DNA from: Desulfocapsa sulfexigens DSM 10523
Lineage (GTDB): Bacteria; Desulfobacterota; Desulfobulbia; Desulfobulbales; Desulfocapsaceae
Assembly (NCBI RefSeq): GCF_000341395.1
Contig: NC_020304.1
Location: forward strand, 1,650,001 to 1,682,000
Length of the DNA: 32,000 nucleotides
Direction of reading: 5' to 3'
The first letter of the stretch is position 1. Each line of letters starts with the position of its first letter. The notes under the pieces are model-generated. The model did not search any database, was not told the origin of the DNA, and saw nothing but the letters and a program-made list of their open reading frames with translations. Both the position numbers and the translations under genes were made by a program. Below are positions 7,343 through 16,936 of this stretch, piece after piece.

Positions 7343-9601
7343 ATGAAGAGAAAAATTGAACTTCTGGCCCCAGGTGGTGACATTGATGCCATAAAGGCGG
7401 CGATTGTGGCCGGGGCAGATGCTATATACTGCGGTCTGGACCGGTTTAATGCGAGAAATCGTGCGGAGAATATTACTTTTGCCGATCTGCCTGGAATTGT
7501 CAGACTTGCCCATACAAATAATTGTGCACTATTTTTGACGCTTAATATTGTCATTGTTGAGAGTGAGATTCCTGCCCTGATAACGCTGCTTAACAGATTG
7601 GTGAACACGCGGATCGATGGGCTGATTGTTCAGGATTTGGGATTGTTGTACATTCTCACACACTACTATCCAACTCTTCAGATTCATGCCTCGACTCAGT
7701 TGACAACACATAATGAAGGGCAGATACACTTTCTAAGCAAATTGAACGTTCGTAGAGTGAATCTGTCACGGGAATTAAGTATTCAGGAGATACATTCCTT
7801 GACGGAAACGGCACATCAAAATAGCCTTCTAACCGAAGTGTTTGTCCATGGATCCTACTGTCTTTCCTTTTCTGGGATATGTTATTTAAGTTCGTTCAAC
7901 AGTGGAAACTCAGGAAATCGTGGGAGGTGCAGTCAGCCGTGCAGAGACCAGTATGTAAAAACGGTTGCAGGAAAGGATTATCCGCTAAACCTCAAAGATA
8001 ACTCCGCGTTTTCTGATGTGCAGGCACTGGCTGATGCCGGGGTTGATTCGGTAAAGATTGAAGGGCGAATTAAGAAGTTCCATTATGTCTATACGGTGGT
8101 CAAAGCTTGGAGAAAACAGCTTCAGAGTTTGTATGGTCAAGAGGAGTTGTGTCATGACGACGAAGATCTCCACAGGGTTTTCAATCGCGGATTCTCAAAC
8201 GCATTCCTGAAGGGCGATATTGACCGAGATATGTTTGTCGATCATCCCCGGGATTATTCTGCAGTTTATCTTGCGGAAACGAAGGATGGTGCTACTGATG
8301 AAAATATGGAAGAGGCCAAAAGGGAACTGTATGATCTGAAAACGGAAATTATAACAGACGTAAGAGGCAGGATTGAACATTTGAGCAGCGAGAAAATCCC
8401 CCTGCAGATCTCGGTATCTGGCCAGGCCGGAACCGTCCTGCATGTCGTTGTCCAAACTCCCGAGAGATCATTTACAGTTGTTTCAGATAGTGGTCTGGTC
8501 GAACTGAAGCGCACAAAGGATGGTGGGCAGTCGCTCGACTGCGATATGCTGGCAAAGCGATTGGCGCAACTTAATGAGACGGAATTTACTATTGAGTCCC
8601 TGGAAACTGACGGACTGTGTCGTGGTCTCTTTCTTCCTTTTAAAGAGGTGAGCGCAATACGAAAAAAGATTTTTCGGGAATTACATGCTTCGCAGGAATA
8701 TGTGTCTCCTATTGATGTTCCACGGATCAAGAGACAGGGCGACCAAATGCTGGAACCTGTTCTTTCTCTGCTCCTTTCTGCAGAGGAGGATCTGCATCTT
8801 TGTCAGGGAAGCTCTGCAGATACCTACTTCCAGATTCCCGATAATTTAGAGAATTGCGATTCAGCTCTCACCAGTATTTTTGTAGCCAATCGCGGCTTGC
8901 TTCCCTGGTTTCCCGCAGTTCTTATAGGAGAAAGTTATCACGCAGCAGTGGAATTTTTACAAAAGGTCAAGCCACAACGTGTTGTGACCAACAATAGTGG
9001 AATCGCCTATGAATGCTGGCAACGGGGGGTTCCCTGGATAGCCGGGCCGTATCTGAATGTTGCGAATTCCTTTAGTCTTCTGTGTCTGATGGGAAATTTT
9101 AACTGTTCTGGCTCCTTTATTTCAAATGAGCTTAAAAGAGTTCAGATAAAGGCTATTAAGAAGCCTGATGATTTTAAGCTCTACTACAGCATCTATCATC
9201 CAATTGTATTAATGACGAGCAGGCAGTGTCTTTTCCATCAGGTCACAGGATGTACAAAAGACAGGATTGACGAAAATTGCCTTCACTGCTGTGAAAAGTC
9301 GGCTGAGATAACCAATTTGAAGAAACAAACGTTCCTGATAGAGAAAACGAAGGGGAATTATCACACACTTTATGGTTCGACCCATTATTTAAATACAGAT
9401 GTTCTGAGAGAAATACCAAATTTTTTTTCCAGTTTTCTTGTTGATTTGCGGAGGATACAAACGGAGACCAGGGTGGCACTGGATAGAGCAGAACTTGTGA
9501 AGCTTTTTGAGAGCTATCTGGCGGGTCATCCTGGCTCAGCAGAAGCACTTGAAAAAAGTATCCAGCCTTCAACAAAGCATCAGTATGTAAAAGGGATCTG
9601 A
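7343..9601 (+). CDS. Peptidase U32 family protein, long form
   Basis: MKRKIELLAPGGDIDAIKAAIVAGADAIYCG is the typical U32 opening. EVFVHGSYCLSFSGICYLS is close to the U32 signature as I recall it (E-x-F-x2-G-[SA]-x-C-x4-G-x-C-x-[LIVM]-S). I prefer the ATG at 7343 over the track start at 7322. Confidence 0.88.
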   Translation: MKRKIELLAPGGDIDAIKAAIVAGADAIYCGLDRFNARNRAENITFADLPGIVRLAHTNNCALFLTLNIVIVESEIPALITLLNRLVNTRIDGLIVQDLGLLYILTHYYPTLQIHASTQLTTHNEGQIHFLSKLNVRRVNLSRELSIQEIHSLTETAHQNSLLTEVFVHGSYCLSFSGICYLSSFNSGNSGNRGRCSQPCRDQYVKTVAGKDYPLNLKDNSAFSDVQALADAGVDSVKIEGRIKKFHYVYTVVKAWRKQLQSLYGQEELCHDDEDLHRVFNRGFSNAFLKGDIDRDMFVDHPRDYSAVYLAETKDGATDENMEEAKRELYDLKTEIITDVRGRIEHLSSEKIPLQISVSGQAGTVLHVVVQTPERSFTVVSDSGLVELKRTKDGGQSLDCDMLAKRLAQLNETEFTIESLETDGLCRGLFLPFKEVSAIRKKIFRELHASQEYVSPIDVPRIKRQGDQMLEPVLSLLLSAEEDLHLCQGSSADTYFQIPDNLENCDSALTSIFVANRGLLPWFPAVLIGESYHAAVEFLQKVKPQRVVTNNSGIAYECWQRGVPWIAGPYLNVANSFSLLCLMGNFNCSGSFISNELKRVQIKAIKKPDDFKLYYSIYHPIVLMTSRQCLFHQVTGCTKDRIDENCLHCCEKSAEITNLKKQTFLIEKTKGNYHTLYGSTHYLNTDVLREIPNFFSSFLVDLRRIQTETRVALDRAELVKLFESYLAGHPGSAEALEKSIQPSTKHQYVKGI

Positions 9602-9612
9602 CGGATCTGGTG

Positions 9613-10320
9613 CTAAAGCAGAGACGATCTTTTTTTTCGTGATCCTCTGACAATTCCCCCGATGATCATTCCAAAGACGAGAACGCCGCCACCGGCAAGA
9701 AACCATTTGAGAGTGTAGTTGCTTCGCAGGGTTTCGTTTGCCTGTTCGAGAAGAGCCATTTTTTTGGTAAGTGTCGCGTTTTCCCGGGAGACTTTTTCCA
9801 TATTGCTTTTGATCTGAACAACGTCTGCGGTGTCTTGCTGCAGTTTCTTATAACTGGCCTGGATCTTGTTTCTTTCACTTATAGCCGAATCGCGTTCCTG
9901 CTCTGTACGAAAGAGCGCTTCCGATACTGTGTCCAGCTGTTGCCGGTTCTCGGCTTCTTTCTGTAGCATCTCATCTTTTTGTGCACGCATTGAAGCGACG
10001 AGTTTATCGAGGGGTGGCTCGGTACTCAGAAAGCGTTTGAGTACCCAGCCCTCTTTGCCGTTGTCAAGCAGGATTTTGGCAAATTCTTCACCTTCTTCGA
10101 TGAATTCCACCGCCGTTCCGTCCTTTACCATGGCGACAATTTTATATTCAGTTCCCTGGCCTCTTCTGACAACAGCTTCTATGCTTGGCCGTATGTAGCG
10201 GGTTTCTGCCTCAGCCGATATTCCTGAGAACAGTATGGTGCTGAACTGGATACAGAGAATGAAAATTAAAAGGTTGATCGGGAGTGATGGGGATAGGCCT
10301 TTTGTCAGTTTTGAGGGCAT
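9613..10320 (-). CDS. SH3b-domain / coiled-coil membrane protein (YgiM-like, C-terminal TM anchor)
   Basis: 235 aa. It has an N-terminal signal/TM segment, an SH3b-like segment (VRRGQGTEYKIVAMVKDGTAVEFIEE...GWVLKRFL), a long heptad-like coiled coil, and a C-terminal TM (WFLAGGGVLVFGMIIGGIV) followed by a basic tail. An AAGGA Shine-Dalgarno precedes the ATG. Confidence 0.8.
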   Translation of the reverse strand: MPSKLTKGLSPSLPINLLIFILCIQFSTILFSGISAEAETRYIRPSIEAVVRRGQGTEYKIVAMVKDGTAVEFIEEGEEFAKILLDNGKEGWVLKRFLSTEPPLDKLVASMRAQKDEMLQKEAENRQQLDTVSEALFRTEQERDSAISERNKIQASYKKLQQDTADVVQIKSNMEKVSRENATLTKKMALLEQANETLRSNYTLKWFLAGGGVLVFGMIIGGIVRGSRKKRSSLL

Positions 10321-10449
10321 ATATATATCCTTGGTTGTATAATTGTTTGTGGGCGAAGAATCATACAGTCATATGGTAATAGGGATCTTTTCTGTTATAA
10401 CCCAATAAATATAAAAGTGGTAGGTTCTGCTGTTGTCGAAATTGTAAAA

Positions 10450-11373
10450 ATGAAAAAGGAAATGATGAGGAAGATTGCTTTCGGTTATTCAACACGATGT
10501 AATATCAGGTGTGAACACTGTGTCGCGGCTGATGACGCCCGCAAAAATGAAAAGATGAAGCTGTGCCGGGCCAAAGAGATTATTGCTGAACTGGCTGCTG
10601 CCGGGGTTCGCGGTATAAGTTTTACTGCGGGTGAACCACTCCTCTATCTTGATGATATTGCCGAACTGGTGAGTCTATGCAGAGAATATGAAATCTACAC
10701 CAGGGTTGTCACCAATTCCTTTTGGGCGAAAAGCGCTGATCTTGCAGACAGCTATACCCTTCTGCTCAAAGAAAGTGGGCTATCGCAGTTACGTTTGAGC
10801 TACAGCCGCTGGCATCAAAAGAATGTTCCCCGGCACCATATTGTTAACGCTGCGGAAAGTTGTCAGAAAGCAGGTCTTGATTATTTTGTTTCATTCGTAA
10901 CCGACTTCTCAGAGGATGATGATGGCTATGAACAGTATCTTCGGGAACAGAAGTTGCTGTTTTTTCCAGAACCGGTAATTTTTTCCGGTAGAGCGCAATC
11001 CTTCGAACGTTCCGCCTTGCGTACTGATTATCAGGAAAACTGCTGTTCCATGAATCCCTATCTTGCTCCCAGTCTCGATATGTACGCCTGTTGTGATGCA
11101 GGCAGCCATTTTACACGGACAAATTTCTTCCATCTTGGTAATCTGAAGGATAATACGATTGAGGAAATGTTCAGGAAAAGTGAAGGGAACAGCCTGTATA
11201 ATCATATCCGCTCCACAGGCATAACTGCAATTGCATCTTTTGCCGGATTTCGAGCACGCGAAATCGTTGGCTATAGAAAATGCGAACTGTGTGAAAAAAT
11301 GTTTAACTCTCCAGAGTTGCTTGGGGCGCTCGAAAAAGAAGCGGAATCGGGATTGAAGTCCTGGCACAGATAA
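10450..11373 (+). CDS. Radical SAM protein with C-terminal Cys-rich auxiliary region
   Basis: CNIRCEHC is the CxxxCxxC radical-SAM cluster motif near the N-terminus. GISFTAGEPLL is a SAM-binding-like motif. The C-terminal half carries CC-x14-CC (NCCSMNPYLAPSLDMYACCD) and CELC. The start is uncertain (GTG 10417, ATG 10450 or ATG 10462) because no strong SD is present. Confidence 0.82.
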   Translation: MKKEMMRKIAFGYSTRCNIRCEHCVAADDARKNEKMKLCRAKEIIAELAAAGVRGISFTAGEPLLYLDDIAELVSLCREYEIYTRVVTNSFWAKSADLADSYTLLLKESGLSQLRLSYSRWHQKNVPRHHIVNAAESCQKAGLDYFVSFVTDFSEDDDGYEQYLREQKLLFFPEPVIFSGRAQSFERSALRTDYQENCCSMNPYLAPSLDMYACCDAGSHFTRTNFFHLGNLKDNTIEEMFRKSEGNSLYNHIRSTGITAIASFAGFRAREIVGYRKCELCEKMFNSPELLGALEKEAESGLKSWHR

Positions 11374-11429
11374 GTTTATTTTTTCTGCTGCGGCAGGATG
11401 CGCGTGTTGCGCTACAATGACAGGGTGAA

Positions 11430-12275
11430 ATGATGGTAGAGATTGGAAAAATTAATAGACTTGCGGTGGTGAGTACTCAGGGCCACGAAGTCCGCTTTGA
11501 TGGTGGAGAGCTCGGAGACATTCTTCTCGATGAAAAGTTTGTGTATGGAAGATATCACAAGGGCGATGAGGTTGAAGTATTTGTTTCTGTTGATGGGGAT
11601 GACAGGCTTTTTGCCATTACCAGTAAACCCTATGCAATGGTAGGGGAGTTTGCCAGACTCCGGGTGGCAGCAACTTCTCCATCAGGTGCCTTTCTTTCCT
11701 GGGGGATGAAAAATGATCTTTTGGTCCCGAAGAGTGAACAGCTTAGTCCCATGAAAGAGGGCGAGTCCTACGTTGTTTACGTCTTTTTGAGTGAGAAAAC
11801 AAATCGTATAACGGCTTCTTCAAAACTGGATAAATACCTTGGCCTCTCCCCCCCAGATTATAAAGAAGGCGAAGAGGTTGATCTTCTCATTTTTGACAGG
11901 ACTGATCTTGGATATCAGGCAGTTATTAATCAGGCACACATTGGAATGCTGTTTAAAAATGAGGTGTTTCAGAAACTCTTTATCGGTCAGAAACTGAAGG
12001 GCTATATATATAATATCCGGGAAGATTCAAAGATTGACCTGAGGTTACAGCTGCCGGGATATGAGAAGGTGGATGGAGTCTCTCAGGCAATCATTGACAT
12101 CCTGAAAGAGAATGGCGGCGTAAGTTCTCTTTCTGATAAAAGTCCGCCGGAGGAAATTTATGCCCTCTTTGGAGTGAGTAAAAAGGTTTTCAAACAGGCG
12201 ATTGGTGCCCTTTATAAGAAACGCATCATTACCATAGATCGCAGTAGCGGTATAAGGTTGGTGAAGAAGAAATGA
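11430..12275 (+). CDS. cvfB: CvfB/YitL-like S1-domain RNA-binding protein
   Basis: 281 aa with repeated S1/OB-like segments (GEFARLRVAATSPSGAFLSWGMKNDLLVP; GQKLKGYIYNIREDSKIDLRLQ) and a C-terminal winged-helix-like tail. This is family recognition by eye. Confidence 0.75.
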   Translation: MMVEIGKINRLAVVSTQGHEVRFDGGELGDILLDEKFVYGRYHKGDEVEVFVSVDGDDRLFAITSKPYAMVGEFARLRVAATSPSGAFLSWGMKNDLLVPKSEQLSPMKEGESYVVYVFLSEKTNRITASSKLDKYLGLSPPDYKEGEEVDLLIFDRTDLGYQAVINQAHIGMLFKNEVFQKLFIGQKLKGYIYNIREDSKIDLRLQLPGYEKVDGVSQAIIDILKENGGVSSLSDKSPPEEIYALFGVSKKVFKQAIGALYKKRIITIDRSSGIRLVKKK

Positions 12276-12754
12276 AAATACGTAAAGTGAGTCCAGAGTT
12301 ACAGCCCAAGGCGGCGGCCCTGCTGCGCAATGCCTTTCCGCGAAGTAATTATGAAGTGCGGCTGATGGAAAATCTTCACAAAAACGGCAGGGAGGTCCAT
12401 GAGTGGGTCTGTCTCCATGTCAATAAGGCTGTGGCCTATATTGCCTTTTCCAGGGCTTATAATGGTGTTGAGGTATGTGGTCTGCATCTGGCACCTCTGG
12501 CTGTTAAACCTGAATTTCAACGGCAGGGGATAGGGTCGGAGTTGCTGCGTTTTGCCCTGCGCCAGGAAGTCATTCAAACGATGACACTCTTTGTTCTCGG
12601 GAATCCTGAATTTTATAAGAAGTTTGGGTTCAAACCCTGTACCAATCCTATTTGTCCCTTTGATAAAAAAAATAGACATTTTTTAAGCATTCGTAACCCT
12701 GAAGTCGCACGATTTACAGTGGGATATGAACCTGAATTCAACATTGGGGCATAG
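12272..12754 (+). CDS. GNAT family N-acetyltransferase (YhbS-like)
   Basis: 160 aa with the acetyl-CoA motif QRQGIGSELL, followed by LGNPEFYKKFGF. Its start ATGA overlaps the cvfB stop, indicating translational coupling. Confidence 0.8.
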   Translation: MKIRKVSPELQPKAAALLRNAFPRSNYEVRLMENLHKNGREVHEWVCLHVNKAVAYIAFSRAYNGVEVCGLHLAPLAVKPEFQRQGIGSELLRFALRQEVIQTMTLFVLGNPEFYKKFGFKPCTNPICPFDKKNRHFLSIRNPEVARFTVGYEPEFNIGA

Positions 12755-12755
12755 A

Positions 12756-13712
12756 ATGACAACAGGTACTACCATTTTGATTATCCACCATGAGCAGGAT
12801 CGCTATTTTGATACCCTGTGCAGGCGTTTTCCTGACCTTCTTTTTCATAGTGCTCGTAACGATGCTGAAGTTGCACAGAAGATGGCTGAATTGCAGCCAC
12901 AGATCCTGCTGAGTTTTCGTTGTGATCCCATTTCCACCAAAGCCCAGAGTATGGCTGCACGAACTCCCTGTGTGAAATGGGTACAGGTGGCAGGTGCCGG
13001 ATATGATCATTTGGGGGATCTGGATGAACTGAAGTGCCAAGTTACAAATTGCTCCGGCGTGTTGAGCAGGTTTCAGGCAGAAACGGTCATCGGGGCAATG
13101 ATCAATCTCAACTTTGGTTTTTACCGTTATCAGCAGCAGCAACGGGAAAAGCTCTATCGGAAATTGCCTTGGCGTTCCTTGGAGGGGCAGAAACTCCTGC
13201 TTCTCGGAATGGGCCATATTGGGAGGGCTGTGGCTGTGAATGCACGTCACTTTGGTATGCACATCACAGCCATCCGATCCAGAATACAGGATTCGCCGGA
13301 GGCCGATGTCGTCTGTACTGCGGATGAGCTTCCTGTACTATTACCGGAAGTTGATTTTGTTTCACTGCATCTGCCCTACTGTAAGGAAACGCATCATTTC
13401 TTTGATGCGAAGATGTTTGGGGCTATGAAAGAGAGCGCATATTTTATAAACACTGCCCGGGGGAATATTGTCGACGAGGATGCTCTTATTGCTGCCTTGA
13501 AGGAAAAAAGGATCGCTGGTGCCTATCTCGATGTTTTTCGTGAGGAGCCATTGCCTCAATTGAGTCAATTGTGGCAATTGGATAATCTTTTATTAACTCC
13601 TCACTACTGCGATGCCGTAGATGATTGGCACGAGCGGTTTGCAGATTTTTTTGCAGATAATCTTCAGCGCTGGATTGCCGGGGAGGAGTTGCATAATAGT
13701 CTTAAAAAATAG
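12756..13712 (+). CDS. D-isomer-specific 2-hydroxyacid dehydrogenase family protein
   Basis: NAD-binding motif GMGHIGRAVA. Catalytic-region motifs INTARGNIVDEDAL and LLTPHY. I use the ATG at 12756, one nt after the GNAT stop, rather than the overlapping track start at 12726. Confidence 0.85.
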   Translation: MTTGTTILIIHHEQDRYFDTLCRRFPDLLFHSARNDAEVAQKMAELQPQILLSFRCDPISTKAQSMAARTPCVKWVQVAGAGYDHLGDLDELKCQVTNCSGVLSRFQAETVIGAMINLNFGFYRYQQQQREKLYRKLPWRSLEGQKLLLLGMGHIGRAVAVNARHFGMHITAIRSRIQDSPEADVVCTADELPVLLPEVDFVSLHLPYCKETHHFFDAKMFGAMKESAYFINTARGNIVDEDALIAALKEKRIAGAYLDVFREEPLPQLSQLWQLDNLLLTPHYCDAVDDWHERFADFFADNLQRWIAGEELHNSLKK

Positions 13713-13759
13713 GGACGAATGGGATTTTTTTCGAACCAAAAGGTGGGCTGAGATTTGTA

Positions 13760-14581
13760 ATGTTTTTTGAACATGTACCCAGAAGGGGGCTGATATGTGC
13801 TCATCGTGGGGCCCGTTCTATTGCTCCTGAAAACACACTTCTGGCCATGACCATGGCGAAGGCATGCGGTGCGCACTGTTGGGAAACAGATATCCGGATG
13901 AGCAAAGATGGTAAACTGATTGTTTTCCATGACGATAGCCTGGAACGTACCACGAATATTGCAGTAAACAGGGCATTAAAAAAACATCCTGATTGCAGTG
14001 TTAATTGCTATACACTGGCAGAACTGCGTGAGCTTGATGTCGGTTCCTGGTTCCTGTCCGATGATCCCTTCGGGGCGGTTGCCAGTGGTGAGGTTGCGGA
14101 CGTTCAATATGAGACAATCAAGAGGCAGCGAATCCCCCTGCTTCGTGAAGTTCTGGATTTCAGCAAGAAGCACTCTTTTCCTGTCAATCTGGAAATTAAA
14201 GATCTGAAAACGCCATCCGGTGACGTTCTTGTTGTGGACAGGATCATGGAGATGCTTTTTGAAACAGGAACCATGGATATGGTGCTTCTCTCCTCCTTTC
14301 GCCATGAATACCTTCACCGGGCTCGAGCGTTGAATAAGGAAATTGACATAGCAGTTCTGGCAGAAGAACAGCATCCTCAGGATCTTATTCAGTACCTCAG
14401 GAGTTTTCAAGCCGCTGCCTATCATCCGAATGTGGATATATGTGACGAAGAGCTCATCAATGGGTTGCAGCGTGCCGGTTTCCGGGTTAATTGCTGGACA
14501 GTCAATGATATGAAAAGGGCGCAGGAGATACTTCGTACAGGGGGGGGAGTAATAACAGATTGGCCCCAGCGTCTGATATGA
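13760..14581 (+). CDS. Glycerophosphodiester phosphodiesterase (GDPD) family protein
   Basis: AHRGARSIAPENTLLA ... ETDIRMSKDGKLIVFHDDSLERTTN are the GDPD catalytic His/Glu/Asp motifs. Confidence 0.85.
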   Translation: MFFEHVPRRGLICAHRGARSIAPENTLLAMTMAKACGAHCWETDIRMSKDGKLIVFHDDSLERTTNIAVNRALKKHPDCSVNCYTLAELRELDVGSWFLSDDPFGAVASGEVADVQYETIKRQRIPLLREVLDFSKKHSFPVNLEIKDLKTPSGDVLVVDRIMEMLFETGTMDMVLLSSFRHEYLHRARALNKEIDIAVLAEEQHPQDLIQYLRSFQAAAYHPNVDICDEELINGLQRAGFRVNCWTVNDMKRAQEILRTGGGVITDWPQRLI

Positions 14582-14632
14582 ATAAGGATGTAATAGCCAA
14601 CTGAAAAAAGTATGAAGGAGAGATACGAGGGA

Positions 14633-15328
14633 ATGAAAACAATAGGGATGCTTGGTGGTATGAGTTGGGAATCAACAGCCAGCTACTATAAGGCTCTTAA
14701 TGAAGGTGTAAGAGATGTTCTTGGTGGCTTGCACTCTGCCAGAATCTCCATGTATAGTGTTGATTTTGACCAGATTGAAAAGCTGCAGCATCAGGGCGAC
14801 TGGCAGGCTACAGCCGAAATTCTTTCTCAAGCCGCCCGCAGTATTGAAGCGGCAGGTGCAGATTTTTTACTTATCTGTACCAACACCATGCATAAGGTCG
14901 CCCCGGAAATTGAGGCAGCAATCGGGATTCCTCTGCTTCATATTGCCGATGCCACGGCAGAAAGGCTTGTTGCAGACAAGGTGAAACGGGTAGGCCTTCT
15001 TGGAACCCGATTTACCATGGAAGAAGACTTTTATAAGGGCAGGTTGACGGATAAATACACTATTGAGGTCGTGGTTCCTGATAGTGATGATATGGACATT
15101 ATCCACAAGGTTATCTATTCTGAGCTTTGTCTCGGAAGAGTTTCAGAACGGTCACGGCGGAGATATCTTGATATTATAGACTCTCTGTGTGACAAAGGCG
15201 CGGAGGCTGTTATTCTTGGCTGTACGGAAATCGCATTGCTCGTACAGCAAAAGCATACCTCTGTGAGACTTTACGACACAACAGAGATTCATGCCAGGCA
15301 TGCGGTACAACTGGCAGTACAGGAATGA
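14633..15328 (+). CDS. ygeA: Aspartate/glutamate racemase family protein (YgeA-type)
   Basis: MKTIGMLGGMSWESTASYYKALNE, LICTNTMHKV and LGCTEIALL match my memory of E. coli YgeA nearly position for position. The start is placed at the second ATG by that homology. The track start at 14612 remains possible. Confidence 0.85.
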   Translation: MKTIGMLGGMSWESTASYYKALNEGVRDVLGGLHSARISMYSVDFDQIEKLQHQGDWQATAEILSQAARSIEAAGADFLLICTNTMHKVAPEIEAAIGIPLLHIADATAERLVADKVKRVGLLGTRFTMEEDFYKGRLTDKYTIEVVVPDSDDMDIIHKVIYSELCLGRVSERSRRRYLDIIDSLCDKGAEAVILGCTEIALLVQQKHTSVRLYDTTEIHARHAVQLAVQE

Positions 15329-15347
15329 AGAGAGGAGAAGCATTGCT

Positions 15348-16919
15348 TTGGAGCTGGTAATCAATAACATCCAGATCCCCGTCGAAAAAGACGGGATGGA
15401 TGAATACCTGCGCCTTGCAGGGCAGAGGATGGGACTGGCTCCTGAAGAAATTACGGTTACAAAAATCCTCAGTAAGGCCCTTGATCTGCGCAGTCAGGAG
15501 CAGTTTTATTATAAAATGTCACTGGTCGTCAGTACCGATGACAAGTATCCCAACGGGCAGAAGTTCAGTCCCTATATACACGCTGAAACTGCAGAAAAAA
15601 AGACCGCGCAGATGGAGGAACGGCCAATTATAGTAGGATTTGGGCCTGCGGGTATGTTTGCAGCTCTTGAACTTATTTCTCATGGTCTTAAACCCTTAAT
15701 TTTTGAACGGGGCAAAAAAATAGAAGAGCGCTCTGTTGATGTGGAGCGCTTTATCAAAGAGCGGAAGCTCAATCCCGAATCAAATATTCAATTTGGTGAA
15801 GGGGGGGCTGGCTCCTATTCGGACGGGAAGCTGTTTTCAAGAAGGAATAATAATACTTCCACCGTCAATCGGGTTCTGAAAACCTTTGTCAAATTCGGTG
15901 CCCCACCGGAAATTGAGTACATCAGCAAACCCCACCTGGGAACGGATGTGCTGTGTGAGATAGTGCGCAATATCCGCCTCCATGTTCTCGAGCGAGGTGG
16001 TGACATATATTACGGTTCCAGAATGACTGATATCCTGATCACAGGAGGCAGGGCAAGAGGGATTGTCATTAATGGTGAGCAAGAGTTTCTTTCTTCACAT
16101 ATCTTTATTGCGCTTGGTCACTCTGCACGTGATACCGTCGAGATGATGCATACAAGAGGCGTTGCCATGGAACAGCGGCAGATTTCCGTTGGGGTGAGAA
16201 TTGAGCATCCAGTGCAGACCATAAATCTGATGCGTTATGGCAAGAAGTATAATGGTTTTCCCGGACTCGGCGCTGCCACCTATTCTCTGAATCATACCAA
16301 TCGAAAAATTCGTCGTGGGGTCTATACATTCTGCATGTGTCCCGGGGGAGAGGTGGTGAACGCCTCCTCAAGTGAGGAGATGCTGGTGCTCAACGGAATG
16401 AGCTATTCGGACAGGGCATCGAATTTTTCAAATGGTGCACTGGTTGTCAGTTGTCACCCCAGTGACTATAAGTCAGACAGTCCCCTGGCAGGCTTTTCCT
16501 TCCAGAAGGATATTGAGCAGAAGGCCTTTCAGGCAGGTGGCGGAAACTGGTCTGTTCCCGCCCAGAATCTGATGGATTTTCTAGGTGAAAAAGGCTCGAC
16601 GGGTGTGCAGGAGAACTCTTATAAGATGGGTGCAGTTCCTGCTGATATGAGAGAGCTCTTCCCGGAGTTTGTGATCTCGGAGCTGCTTGTTGCATTTCAC
16701 AAATGGAGGGGAGAAATACCTCTTTTTATATCTCACCATGCGATACTGCTGGGGGCTGAAACACGAACCTCTTCACCCGTTCGGATATGCCGCAATGAGC
16801 AGTTTGAGTCAGTCAATACGAAAAACCTCTACCCAATAGGGGAAGGCGCGGGGTATACCGGTGGTATCACCAGCTCTGCGGCAGATGCAATAAAGGCTGT
16901 GGAGGCACAGCTGTTGTAG
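15348..16919 (+). CDS. FAD-dependent oxidoreductase (COG2509-type, uncharacterised)
   Basis: Dinucleotide fold IIVGFGPAGMFAALEL...FERG, and a C-terminal GEGAGYTGGITSSAADA motif. I prefer the TTG start at 15348 (product MELVINNIQIPVEKD...), which has GGAG 10 nt upstream. The track ATG at 15291 would overlap the racemase gene by 38 nt. Confidence 0.8.
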   Translation: MELVINNIQIPVEKDGMDEYLRLAGQRMGLAPEEITVTKILSKALDLRSQEQFYYKMSLVVSTDDKYPNGQKFSPYIHAETAEKKTAQMEERPIIVGFGPAGMFAALELISHGLKPLIFERGKKIEERSVDVERFIKERKLNPESNIQFGEGGAGSYSDGKLFSRRNNNTSTVNRVLKTFVKFGAPPEIEYISKPHLGTDVLCEIVRNIRLHVLERGGDIYYGSRMTDILITGGRARGIVINGEQEFLSSHIFIALGHSARDTVEMMHTRGVAMEQRQISVGVRIEHPVQTINLMRYGKKYNGFPGLGAATYSLNHTNRKIRRGVYTFCMCPGGEVVNASSSEEMLVLNGMSYSDRASNFSNGALVVSCHPSDYKSDSPLAGFSFQKDIEQKAFQAGGGNWSVPAQNLMDFLGEKGSTGVQENSYKMGAVPADMRELFPEFVISELLVAFHKWRGEIPLFISHHAILLGAETRTSSPVRICRNEQFESVNTKNLYPIGEGAGYTGGITSSAADAIKAVEAQLL

Positions 16920-16936
16920 GATAATAGTTAAAGAAT

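Noticed and set aside
9620-9640. T8 run after the U32 stop, considered as a possible intrinsic terminator
   Set aside because: The T-run lies inside the convergent SH3 gene's C-terminal coding region (the Lys-rich tail on the minus strand). The preceding sequence forms only a weak, imperfect stem.
12738-13262. 174-aa ORF antisense to the 2-hydroxyacid dehydrogenase. The same reasoning covers 12299..12679, 8266..8730, 2652..3113, 19485..19931, 19928..20377 and 10909..11367.
   Set aside because: All lie antisense within genes that have strong family motifs, and none has an SD or recognisable domain. They are typical shadow ORFs.
13627-13645. TGGCACGAGCGGTTTGCA, a sigma54-like sequence upstream of the GDPD gene
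   Set aside because: The GG-to-GC spacing is 12 nt rather than the required 10, and it lies inside the dehydrogenase coding sequence.
15099-15107. Perfect DnaA box TTATCCACA, with a second in the opposite orientation at 30761..30769
   Set aside because: I checked these because of the DnaA-C-like domain in the Y1 protein. Both are isolated, lie inside coding regions 15 kb apart, and are not near the cassette. Two 9-mers in 32 kb is compatible with chance, and this is not an origin.
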